NCBI GenBank assembly: GCA_018065695.1 | Contig: JAGHST010000015.1 | Coordinates: forward strand, 8,778-72,777 | DNA length: 64,000 bases | Direction of reading: 5' to 3' | Source: Candidatus Cacconaster caballi | GTDB lineage: Bacteria; Bacteroidota; Bacteroidia; Bacteroidales; UBA932 | Shown here: piece by piece, positions 46,770 through 55,548 of the stretch | Numbering within the stretch: the first letter of the stretch is position 1 | Layout of the letters: the number at the start of each line of letters is the position of its first letter | Notes under the pieces: model-generated | Told to the model about the DNA's origin: nothing | Databases searched by the model: none | The model's input: only the letters and a program-made list of their open reading frames with translations | Position numbers and translations under genes: made by a program

Positions 46770-48058
46770 TATTCGAACTTGAGGATAAAATAGTTTTTCT
46801 TGCCTTTCTGAACAAGAATATATTTGTCGTTTACAAGATGGTCGGCGGAAAGCTGGAGAGTCGTATCGGAAATCTTCACTTTATTGATGCTAAGTCCGTT
46901 GCCTTGAATCAACTTGCGGCATTCACCTTTGCTTGGGAAGATATCTGTCCTGACGGAGAGCATTTCGACAATGTCGCAAGGCAGCTCGCTCCTTTGAAAA
47001 GCGTACTGCGGCACACCGTCGAATACAGAAAGGAAAGTGCGTTCGTCAAGAGCCTTCAAGGCCTCTTCCGTTCCCTTGCCGAAAAGCATTTCGGAAGCGG
47101 CGACTGCATTTTCATAATCCTTTACACTGTGCACCATTACAGTGATTTCCTTCGCCAGAAGTTTCTGCAGTTCGCGTCTTTCCGGACACTCTCTGTGGGA
47201 GGAGATGGCAGCATCTATGGTCTCCTTGTCGAGCATCGTGAAAATCTTGATATATTTCTCGGCATCCTCATCGCTGACATTCAACCAGAACTGATAGAAC
47301 TGATACGGGCTGGTGCGCTCCGAATCGAGCCAGATATTGCCTTTTTCTGTCTTTCCGAACTTTCCGCCGTCAGCCTTCGTGATAAGAGGGCAGGTGAGGG
47401 CGAATGCCTCTCCGCCGGTCTTGCGACGGATAAGTTCTGTGCCGGTTGTGATGTTGCCCCACTGGTCCGCGCCTCCGAGCTGAAGCTTCACGCCCCTGTG
47501 TTCATAGAGATAGAGGAAGTCGTAGCCTTGCAGAAGCTGATAGGTGAACTCCGTGAAGCTCATTCCTTCCGAAGATTCACGGCTGAGACGCTTCTTTACG
47601 GAATCTTTTGCCATCATATAGTTCACGGTAATCATCTTGCCGATGTCACGCGTGAAATTGATGAAGGTGTAGTCCTTCATCCAATCGTAGTTGTTGACCA
47701 GTTCCGCACGGTTCGGGGCGGAGGAGGTGAAATCAAGGAAACGGCCCAGCTGCTTTTTGATGCACTCTACGTTGTGGGCTAGTGTATTTTCGTCGAGCAG
47801 ATTGCGTTCGGCACTCTTCATCGACGGGTCTCCAATCATTCCGGTGGCGCCTCCCACGAGGGCGAAAGGTTTATGTCCGCAATTCTGGAAATGTTTCAGA
47901 ATCATTATGCTTACAAGATGTCCGATATGGAGGGAGTCGCCGGTAGGATCTATCCCTACATAAGCTCCCGCGGGACCCTTCATCAATTCCTCTTCCGTTC
48001 CCGGCATAATGTCGTGAATCATACCTCTCCACTTCAGTTCTTCTACAAAATTTTTCAT
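46769..48058 (-). CDS. tyrS: tyrosine--tRNA ligase
   Basis: HIGH motif (SLHIGHLV), KMSKS-equivalent KFGKT and C-terminal S4-like domain. ATG 48056-48058 preferred. Confidence 0.95.
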   Translation of the reverse strand: MKNFVEELKWRGMIHDIMPGTEEELMKGPAGAYVGIDPTGDSLHIGHLVSIMILKHFQNCGHKPFALVGGATGMIGDPSMKSAERNLLDENTLAHNVECIKKQLGRFLDFTSSAPNRAELVNNYDWMKDYTFINFTRDIGKMITVNYMMAKDSVKKRLSRESSEGMSFTEFTYQLLQGYDFLYLYEHRGVKLQLGGADQWGNITTGTELIRRKTGGEAFALTCPLITKADGGKFGKTEKGNIWLDSERTSPYQFYQFWLNVSDEDAEKYIKIFTMLDKETIDAAISSHRECPERRELQKLLAKEITVMVHSVKDYENAVAASEMLFGKGTEEALKALDERTFLSVFDGVPQYAFQRSELPCDIVEMLSVRTDIFPSKGECRKLIQGNGLSINKVKISDTTLQLSADHLVNDKYILVQKGKKNYFILKFE

Positions 48059-48098
48059 ATCATTCAACTCAAATCGTATTTGTAACAAAATTGTTATA

Positions 48099-48740
48099 TC
48101 ATCCTACAGTCCATACCATAACATGGTCATCTATAACCTCGTAGCTGAGTTCCAGCTCTTCTTCGGTCCCATCTTTGAAGAAAAAGGTCGCATCGAGGTC
48201 CCCGTCATCGTGCGGATTGAATCTGTCAAGTTCAATCTGCTCTGCAAAATCAACGGAGGAAATGGACATTCTCTTGTATATTGCCTCCTTTGCGCACCAG
48301 TAGATTGCCAACTGAAGTTTCCTTTTCTTCTCGTTATCTCCCAAATCTTCAATCTCATCTTCGGACAGAGCCTTCTTCTCAACGGCTGAAAAATCCCGTT
48401 CGAGGCTCTCGATGTCGATGCCGAGATCTTCGTCCGGATGGATTATGATGGCCACGAAACGACTGGTATGGGAGATGCTTATCTCCCAAGCGCTGTTTTC
48501 GAGATAAGGCTTTCCGTTGTCGTGATGGCCCAGATAAAGTTTTTCAGGGAAAATGACATTGAGCAGGGCTCTGGTTGCAAGCTTCTCCTTGCGGCGGGCT
48601 TCACTCTTGATGAAAGAAAGTTCTTCCAGCTCGTCATCAGGCACAGAGGTGCCTTCGAGCAGTTCCTTCTCTGTCTCGGTGATTTCCCACACATAGATTT
48701 TTGCGCCGTTGTCCAGTTCTTTGGTCAGATAGAGTGCCAT
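48099..48740 (-). CDS. 4'-phosphopantetheinyl transferase (Sfp-type)
   Basis: 213 aa with motifs LGIDIES and WCAKEAIYK. Confidence 0.8.
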   Translation of the reverse strand: MALYLTKELDNGAKIYVWEITETEKELLEGTSVPDDELEELSFIKSEARRKEKLATRALLNVIFPEKLYLGHHDNGKPYLENSAWEISISHTSRFVAIIIHPDEDLGIDIESLERDFSAVEKKALSEDEIEDLGDNEKKRKLQLAIYWCAKEAIYKRMSISSVDFAEQIELDRFNPHDDGDLDATFFFKDGTEEELELSYEVIDDHVMVWTVG

Positions 48741-48907
48741 AGGGAAAAGTTACCTGTCCACCGACTGCATCGGCGGAAGGATTTGGATGAAAATTTGGGG
48801 AAATATGTGCACCACGACGGGTAAGGCTCTGCAGATGAGCACTCGTCATAGATAATTCTATTGCAACTCGGAGGTTCCACTTGTGGTGCGTTTTAGTTAA
48901 TAATCTG

Positions 48908-48978
48908 TTGAGATACCGGGACTCGAACCTGGGCTGACTGAACCAAAATCAGTAGTGCTGCCATTACACCATATCTCA
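48908..48978 (-). tRNA. tRNA-Gln (TTG)
   Basis: 71-nt cloverleaf TGAGATA TG GTGT AATGGCA GCAC T ACTGA TTTTGGT TCAGT CAGC CCAGG TTCGAGT CCCGG TATCTCA A. U1-A72 is typical of bacterial tRNA-Gln. There is one A-C mismatch in the T stem. Confidence 0.85.
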
Positions 48979-49023
48979 ATATGCATATCCGACTTGCAAA
49001 GGTATTAATTATTTTTCAATATC

Positions 49024-51933
49024 CTACAAGTTGAATCCTGTCAAAAGATGCCAGGAGTTCCCGCCTGACAGTGTGCGGGCATATCTGACTCCCGCGGACA
49101 ACGTGAGCGGAATTCTGAACAGGTTGAAATCGAAGAGAAGGTCGCAGCCTCCTGAAAGGAGATTCTTATATTCCCTGTCGTAGGCATAGTCCAGGAAAGG
49201 AATGACCTGTATTCTCTTCATAATGTAGAGGAAAGTCGTGTGGCCGTCCACGAAATAGAGAGGAATGGCATAGTCCAGAGTCATCTTGGCATAGTCGGAA
49301 AGAACTCTGTCGTTCTTGTAACCGCGCGGAAGAGAAGCTATGTTCTGGATGTAGCCGACGCAGTACCGTCCCAAATACTTCTGATAGCAGGCCGTCAGCT
49401 TTATGCTGTGATTGCGGATGATGCCCGGAAAATAGGTGTAGACATTGGCGTGAGCGAGGATACCGTTGTCATAGACTTTGCCGGCGGCCATTCTCAGGTT
49501 GAGATTGCCTCCTATGCCCCAACGGGGATATATTTTCGATTTCGGCGTCGGAAGCACCCTGTAGAAATTGACGCCCGCCTGAAGGGTTTTGCTGAATTCA
49601 TATTCGTGGCCGAGTATCGAATATTCGTCGTTGGTGAAAGCGAATTCCAACTTGGGCGTCACCCTGCTGTTCCATCCGGAGCGGGAAAGGTTGATGGGCA
49701 AGGAGATTGCGGCCTTGAGCGACAGAAATGGTTTCTTCTCCTCAATCTGCCTGACGCGTAATGCATTCAGACGGGCATCGGCATAAGTGACATCCGTCAA
49801 AGTCCTGTACCTGTCGTTTATATCGGCCGAAAGTTCGATTTTCGGGGCCCAGCCGGCATATTTGAAATAGAGATGTCCGGCGTGGAATCCGCCGTGATAT
49901 GAATATCCGGCCGTAGAGACTGCCGTGCCGAGAGTATTCTGCGAAATGACGGTTGCACCCAAGGAAGCCAGATCGTAGAAATGCTCATAGTTGAAATTCA
50001 TTATCTTGTCAATGCCGGCATAGAATGGAGCCCAGGAGTGAATTCGGAAAAGATGGCCCAACTTGCTGTATCGGCTGCTCTCCTTGGCCTGAATCCCGGC
50101 ATAGAGAAGCGAATCCTGTTTCGGAGTCATTCTGCGGGAAACCGCCGCTGCGGCCTGACGGGCTAGGGAATCCGCTATGATATGTTCTGTACGATCCTCG
50201 AAGCGGACAGTCTCCCACCTCAGAGAGTCCAGGGCGGCCCTGACCGGTGCATATCCCTTATGGTCGTAGTCCGAATAGTACAACCGGCGGGAAGCCCTGT
50301 CGATATATGGGTTGCATACTCCAAAACGGGCCGAAGTGAGTTTTTTCAGAGTCGTGTCCGCCACAGACATCGCATATACGTTGTCCACTCCGTCGATATC
50401 GGATACGAAATACAGGAGAGAGTCTCCATCGGATTTGAAATCCAGAATTGCACACGGCTGTGGAGCGGAGAGAATCTCCCAGGCGGAGCCATTTCGATTG
50501 TATCGGTAGATTCCCTGCCCCTCCAGAGTGATGATGGTGGCATATAGTTCTCCCTTCAAAAGTGCTATATTGACTATCTGTCCTCCATGCGGCCCCCTGA
50601 CGGCACCAAGCACCTCTCCGCTGCGGCTGTCCACCGCCACAACGTTGGAATTGCCCTCAACCGGATATTCCACCGCATAGACCGTATCGGCACAGGCTCC
50701 GACCGTAGGATTGAAGAGCCTTGTGCGGGAAGTGAGGTTGCGGAAACGGTTTCTTACGAAATCGTATGTTCTCAATATGGAGAAAGATTCATGTTCCCAG
50801 AAAGGGCTGGGCACAACCTCCGCAAAAAGGACTGTGGAATCAGTTAAAGGGACTATCTCGCTGACATTCGAAGAAAATGTCTGTTCTATGCGGCTCCTGC
50901 CGGCTTCATCTATCAGGACAAGATGATTTGCTTCTTCCATACCCATGGCGGAAGCCAGCACTCCCTCGGAAGTCGGCAGCGGATTGGTTATTTCAATATA
51001 GCTCCTCCCTCGCTTTGCCAGAATGGAGTCGCAGGAAGTGAAAGGCCTGCGTGCCTCATAGTCGGCTTCCCAAATTGAGCTGAAAAGGCTGTCAGCCCGC
51101 CTCCAGTTCTTGCTGGCCGTATGTCCTGAAATCTTCGTATAGCTTGTCTGCGACCCGCTTATCACTCTCCAGAAATATCTGCGCTGAAGATTCATCAACT
51201 CGCTTGGCGCAAAATAGTTCCCGGTCTCGTAGCGTATGGTGCTCAACATCATATAGCCAAGAGCATATTTGCTCGGGGTGTAGCGGTACAGCGAACCGAG
51301 CCTCCACTGCTGATAGGTGCGCCTGTCGCCTGCGTGTGATGCTGCGCGGTAATATTTGAGAAAATCCGCCCTGCGACCGCGTCCCTCTTCGGAAAAGTCG
51401 GTTTCGTTGAGCACCGCGTCTCCCTCAAGGGCGAACTGGGAGGGGGTCAGGCCCAGACTGATTCCCACCGTCTGCTCTCCGGCGATGTAGTGGAGAGCTC
51501 TGAAAAATTTTTTGGTATAGATGGTTGTCTGGGCGATATGTCTGCCTTCGTGCAGAGCCAGGGTTTCTTCCCAATTCTGAGAAGAATTAGGCCTGAACGG
51601 AGGCGTGGTTTCGATCTCCAGCCTGCGCGGCGCCCAGGTCACCATACCGTTGCTGTTTATGTTGTAGGGATGAAGCACCATCGGCATATGGGGAGAATCT
51701 GTCTTCAGAGCTTCCAAATGGCGCGGACGCTCCTTCTCGAAATTGTAGAGATATACCCTTGCCAGAGAATCCACCTCCCGAGGGTATATGATGTCGAAAT
51801 TCTCTCCCTTGAGGATATTCCACCTGAGCCTGGCAGGATCCGAACCGGTCAGATAGTACTGACCTTCGGCCACTGCCGGAAAGAGAGTGGACACAGACAT
51901 AACCAACAGCAGATATTTCCAAAATTTCGACAT
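49024..51933 (-). CDS. large secreted protein: HExxH-containing N-domain, PD40/TolB-like beta-propeller, C-terminal beta-strand-rich (barrel-like) region
   Basis: ATG 51931-51933 gives MSKFWKYLLLVMSVSTLFPAVAEG (signal peptide). LALHEGRHIAQ motif, central propeller-like repeats, and a last ~350 aa of alternating hydrophobic pattern ending ...HLLTGFNL. Confidence 0.7.
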   Translation of the reverse strand: MSKFWKYLLLVMSVSTLFPAVAEGQYYLTGSDPARLRWNILKGENFDIIYPREVDSLARVYLYNFEKERPRHLEALKTDSPHMPMVLHPYNINSNGMVTWAPRRLEIETTPPFRPNSSQNWEETLALHEGRHIAQTTIYTKKFFRALHYIAGEQTVGISLGLTPSQFALEGDAVLNETDFSEEGRGRRADFLKYYRAASHAGDRRTYQQWRLGSLYRYTPSKYALGYMMLSTIRYETGNYFAPSELMNLQRRYFWRVISGSQTSYTKISGHTASKNWRRADSLFSSIWEADYEARRPFTSCDSILAKRGRSYIEITNPLPTSEGVLASAMGMEEANHLVLIDEAGRSRIEQTFSSNVSEIVPLTDSTVLFAEVVPSPFWEHESFSILRTYDFVRNRFRNLTSRTRLFNPTVGACADTVYAVEYPVEGNSNVVAVDSRSGEVLGAVRGPHGGQIVNIALLKGELYATIITLEGQGIYRYNRNGSAWEILSAPQPCAILDFKSDGDSLLYFVSDIDGVDNVYAMSVADTTLKKLTSARFGVCNPYIDRASRRLYYSDYDHKGYAPVRAALDSLRWETVRFEDRTEHIIADSLARQAAAAVSRRMTPKQDSLLYAGIQAKESSRYSKLGHLFRIHSWAPFYAGIDKIMNFNYEHFYDLASLGATVISQNTLGTAVSTAGYSYHGGFHAGHLYFKYAGWAPKIELSADINDRYRTLTDVTYADARLNALRVRQIEEKKPFLSLKAAISLPINLSRSGWNSRVTPKLEFAFTNDEYSILGHEYEFSKTLQAGVNFYRVLPTPKSKIYPRWGIGGNLNLRMAAGKVYDNGILAHANVYTYFPGIIRNHSIKLTACYQKYLGRYCVGYIQNIASLPRGYKNDRVLSDYAKMTLDYAIPLYFVDGHTTFLYIMKRIQVIPFLDYAYDREYKNLLSGGCDLLFDFNLFRIPLTLSAGVRYARTLSGGNSWHLLTGFNL

Positions 51934-51939
51934 AGGATA

Positions 51940-51968
51940 CAAAAATAATTATTAAGATTGTATATTTG
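51940..51968. promoter_or_regulatory. divergent -7 boxes for the 969-aa protein (minus) and the phosphodiester glycosidase operon (plus)
   Basis: Minus TATTTTTG (51940-51947), 6 nt from its ATG. Plus TATATTTG (51961-51968). Both are exact TAnnTTTG. Confidence 0.5.
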
Positions 51969-51985
51969 TAAAAATCTTTATAACA

Positions 51986-52825
51986 ATGAAAAAATCTGCC
52001 GTTTTATTCGTCGCTCTATTCGCTGCTTTCTCTCTTGGCGCCCAGAACGACTCCCTTACGTTCGTCAATGGAAACTGGTCTTCCGAGCAGGCAGGTGAAG
52101 GTCTGGTGCTCAGAAAATGCCATTTCACTGACGGCCTTTTCAATTCCGCCCAGAATATCTCCGTCCTTGAAGTGACCGATCGCAGATTCGATCTGGTGGA
52201 AGCTCCTTCGGAGACTCTTTGGAAAACGTCGGAATTTGCGGAAGAATACGGAGCCGTCGCTGCAGTCAACTGCGGCTTCTTCAGGATGCGCAAGCCTTTC
52301 GGTTCGGTAATGTACTACAGGCAGGACCGCGAGGAAAGATACCCCAATCTTGATGAGCACAAAATACACGGCCGCAGCACGAGACAGACTGGTTCGGTTG
52401 TCATCACGGACGGCAGAGTCTTCATTGTCAAAAATGGCAGTCCTATGGATTCCGAGCGCTATATAGATGGGGAGGATGTCGTCACTTCAGGCCCGCTGAT
52501 GATGGTGGGAGGAGAGATGGAAGACGTCAGCGTGGAAGGTTTCAACACTGCCCGCCACCCACGCACCGCCATCGGCAAGAAGCCGGACGGCACGATTCTG
52601 CTGGTCGTTATTGACGGCCGTTCCAAGGGAAATGCTGAAGGAATGTCCATCTTCGAACTTCAGAAGGTTATGGGTTGGCTCGGTTGCGAATCCGCCCTCA
52701 ACCTTGACGGCGGAGGTTCATCTGCTCTGGTAGTAGGCGGAGTGGTTGTAAACTGTCCTTCAGACAACAGGAAGTTCGACAACGCCGGAGAGCGCAGTGT
52801 GCACAATGCCATAATAGTCCGCTGA
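51986..52825 (+). CDS. phosphodiester glycosidase family protein (NAGPA/DUF2233-like), secreted
   Basis: Signal peptide MKKSAVLFVALFAAFSLGAQ and the hallmark ALNLDGGGSSALVV. Confidence 0.78.
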   Translation: MKKSAVLFVALFAAFSLGAQNDSLTFVNGNWSSEQAGEGLVLRKCHFTDGLFNSAQNISVLEVTDRRFDLVEAPSETLWKTSEFAEEYGAVAAVNCGFFRMRKPFGSVMYYRQDREERYPNLDEHKIHGRSTRQTGSVVITDGRVFIVKNGSPMDSERYIDGEDVVTSGPLMMVGGEMEDVSVEGFNTARHPRTAIGKKPDGTILLVVIDGRSKGNAEGMSIFELQKVMGWLGCESALNLDGGGSSALVVGGVVVNCPSDNRKFDNAGERSVHNAIIVR

Positions 52826-53268
52826 TGGGTGAAGACCTTGACGAGAAATTTATGAGCGAAGCCCTCCGTGAGGCGGAAGAGGCCGCACACGAGGGGGAGG
52901 TGCCGGTCGGCGGGCTTGTCGTATGTCGCGGACGCATCATCGCCCGCGCCCACAATCTCACCGAGACCCTTACAGACCCTACAGCCCATGCTGAAATGCA
53001 GCTTATAGGTATGGCCGCAAGCTATCTTGGAGGCAAATATCTGTCAGACTGTACCTTATACGTTACGGTAGAGCCCTGCCCCATGTGCGCTGCCGCTCTT
53101 GCCTGGGCGCAACTCGGACGGCTTGTGTATGGTGCTCCTGACCCGAAGAGAGGCTATTCGCTCTTCACGCCTTCTCTTCTGCATCCGAAAACGGAAGTTC
53201 GAGGGGGTGTCCTCGCTGAAAAATGCGGAAGCATCGTAAGCGGCTTCTTCGCCGAAAAAAGGAAATGA
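52825..53268 (+). CDS. tadA: tRNA adenosine(34) deaminase
   Basis: HAE (TAHAEMQ) and PCPMCAAAL zinc motifs. TGATG coupling to the upstream gene. Confidence 0.92.
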   Translation: MGEDLDEKFMSEALREAEEAAHEGEVPVGGLVVCRGRIIARAHNLTETLTDPTAHAEMQLIGMAASYLGGKYLSDCTLYVTVEPCPMCAAALAWAQLGRLVYGAPDPKRGYSLFTPSLLHPKTEVRGGVLAEKCGSIVSGFFAEKRK

Positions 53269-53287
53269 CCCGAAAATCGTAAAATCC

Positions 53288-53986
53288 ATGAAATCATATT
53301 TTTCATTCTCCTTCAACTGGTTCGATTGGTTCCTCGTTCTCGGCACCACCATCGTCAGTGCCTTATCCATGCTTATGGGTGACGGATGGGATACGATAGG
53401 GTTCGTGGTGGCCGTTACCGGCGTCCTCAACCTTGTCCTCTGCGCCAAAGGAAACATCATCAATTATGCATTCGGCATCATTTACAATGCAATATACGTT
53501 TATATAGCGTTCCATTCCAAACTGTATGCCGATTCGGCTCTCTACCTGTGCTACTATCTTCCGATGCAATTTGTAGGATGGTACAACTGGAAGAAGAACC
53601 AAAATGCCGAAAGCGGAACGGTGAACGTGCGTCATATTACGTCGAAGATGGGAATTGTCTTCTCCATTTCTGCAGCCGTGCTCATCCCCATATTCTCCTG
53701 TATTCTCAGCCTTCCGTTCATAGCCGACTCGCAACCGTGGCTCGATTCAGCCACAACGGTTGTTTCTTTGATTGCCATGTATATGATGGTCAAGGCAATA
53801 GCCGAACAATGGTATATCTGGCTCGCTCTGGACCTGCTCCAGGTTGTCAAGTGGACTGTAGCAACCATAGACGGAGAGGAGCACGCTGCCCTCACTCTCG
53901 TGATGTTTGTCTTCTTCGTGGCCAATGCCGTTTACGGCCTGATTCTGTGGAATCGCCTCGCTTCCTCCGGCAAAAGTTCAGAATAG
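53288..53986 (+). CDS. pnuC: PnuC-family nicotinamide riboside transporter
   Basis: 232 aa polytopic protein with NYAFGIIYNAIYVYIAF...QFVGWYNW and C-terminal ...WYIWLALDLLQVVKW...NAVYGLILW pattern. Confidence 0.8.
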   Translation: MKSYFSFSFNWFDWFLVLGTTIVSALSMLMGDGWDTIGFVVAVTGVLNLVLCAKGNIINYAFGIIYNAIYVYIAFHSKLYADSALYLCYYLPMQFVGWYNWKKNQNAESGTVNVRHITSKMGIVFSISAAVLIPIFSCILSLPFIADSQPWLDSATTVVSLIAMYMMVKAIAEQWYIWLALDLLQVVKWTVATIDGEEHAALTLVMFVFFVANAVYGLILWNRLASSGKSSE

Positions 53987-54011
53987 CACTTTCCAGGGGC
54001 CGGAGACCGGA

Positions 54012-55499
54012 TTAAAGTGAAGTTTTGATTTTGGCGGCGAGAGAAGGGCCTGCCACCGCCGAGAGTTCTTCGAGTGTTGCGTTCTGAATGCGTTTGACAC
54101 TGTGGAAATGGCGGAGGAGTTTCTCCTCCGTGGCTTCGCCTATACCGGGAATTTCTCGCAAAGCGCTTTTCACCTGACTCTTGAGCCGACGCTGACGGTG
54201 ATGCGTTATGCCGAACCTGTGAGCCTCGTCCCTGATATGCATCAATACGCGCAGTGAAGATGAATTCTTGTCGAGAAACAGCGAAACGGCCTCTCCCGGC
54301 ACCACAATCTCCTCCAGACGCTCAGCCAGACCGACAACAAAAACCTTCTCCCTGATGCCGAGTTCGGTCAGAGCTTCCAGCGCAAAACGCAGCTGCCCCT
54401 TGCCGCCGTCTATCACAATCAGTTGAGGAAGCGGTTCTCCTTCTGTGACAAGACGCGAATAGCGACGGTTCACCACCTCTTTCATGGAGGCATAGTCATT
54501 GGCGCCCACGACCGACTTTATTATGAAATGGCGATAGTCTTTCTTGCTGGGAATGCCGTCACGGAACACCACGCAGGCCGCTACCGGATTGGTGCCTTGT
54601 GTATTGGAGTTGTCGAAACACTCTATGTGACGCGGCAATTCAGTCATTCCCAGATCATTCTTCAATTGCTCCATCACCCTTTCGGAACGTTCGATGCGCT
54701 GCGGCAATTTCTTTTCCTGCAGCAATTTGTACGTATCCATATCGAGAATGCCGTGGCCCACCACTTTCTGCCGCTCCCTGTGCTCCTCAAGAAGAGACAG
54801 GCGCTCTTTCCACATTTGCGCATCTTCGAAACGGAGCTCCTGCGCCGCCACATTCATCTTCTCGCGGCAGGCGACAATCAGATTGCGGACCCTTCCGCTC
54901 AGGAGAGCCTTGATGTCTTCAATCTGGCTGTCGTACTCCTCCCGGCTGAAAAGGCCCAGGCAGGGGGCTGAACATTTGCCGAGATGATAGTTGAGACAAC
55001 TTTTGAGCCGGCCTGAGGCAATGCTTTCGTCCGTGAGCGACAGTGAACATATGCGCAGCTTATAGAGGCTGCCTATCAGGTCAAGCATCCTTTTGGCGTG
55101 CACTACACTTGCGTAAGGGCCGTAATATGAGGAGCCGTCCTTCACGTAGCGGCGGGTCAGCATAACCTTCGGGAACGGCTCATTGCGGATTACAATCCAC
55201 GGATAGGTCTTGTCGTCTTTCAGAAGGATGTTGTAGTGGGGCTGCAACTGCTTTATCAGGTTGTTCTCCAGAAGCAGGGCGTCCTCTTCTGTCTCAACGA
55301 GCGTATATTGGAGATCGGCTATTTTGGAGACAAGCGCCCTTGTCTTTTTGTCCAGCTGCTGCATCGGACGGAAATACTGGGACACACGACGCTTGAGATC
55401 CCTGGCCTTGCCGACATAGATGATTGTCCCTTCAGAGTCCAGATATCTGTAAACCCCGGGGGTATGCGGCAACAATTCTATTTTCTCCCTGATGTCCAC
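54012..55499 (-). CDS. uvrC: excinuclease ABC subunit C (short form; start uncertain)
   Basis: GIY-YIG (PGVYRYLDSEGTIIYVGKARDLKRRV), UVR (ELRFEDAQMWKERL), endonuclease domain (HIECFDNSN...VIDGGKGQL) and C-terminal (HhH)2. GTG at 55497-55499 is proposed. The next in-frame ATG upstream (55587) would add a 30-aa AT-rich-encoded hydrophobic stretch overlapping the divergent gene. Confidence 0.85.
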   Translation of the reverse strand: MDIREKIELLPHTPGVYRYLDSEGTIIYVGKARDLKRRVSQYFRPMQQLDKKTRALVSKIADLQYTLVETEEDALLLENNLIKQLQPHYNILLKDDKTYPWIVIRNEPFPKVMLTRRYVKDGSSYYGPYASVVHAKRMLDLIGSLYKLRICSLSLTDESIASGRLKSCLNYHLGKCSAPCLGLFSREEYDSQIEDIKALLSGRVRNLIVACREKMNVAAQELRFEDAQMWKERLSLLEEHRERQKVVGHGILDMDTYKLLQEKKLPQRIERSERVMEQLKNDLGMTELPRHIECFDNSNTQGTNPVAACVVFRDGIPSKKDYRHFIIKSVVGANDYASMKEVVNRRYSRLVTEGEPLPQLIVIDGGKGQLRFALEALTELGIREKVFVVGLAERLEEIVVPGEAVSLFLDKNSSSLRVLMHIRDEAHRFGITHHRQRRLKSQVKSALREIPGIGEATEEKLLRHFHSVKRIQNATLEELSAVAGPSLAAKIKTSL

Positions 55500-55548
55500 C
55501 GTAATTGAAGTAAAAATATTATCTTTGTCTTTTACGAATCTTTTCGAT

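Noticed and set aside
46748-47782. 344-aa plus-strand ORF opposite tyrS
   Set aside because: A shadow ORF. tyrS on the other strand has HIGH/KFGKT motifs, while this frame has none.
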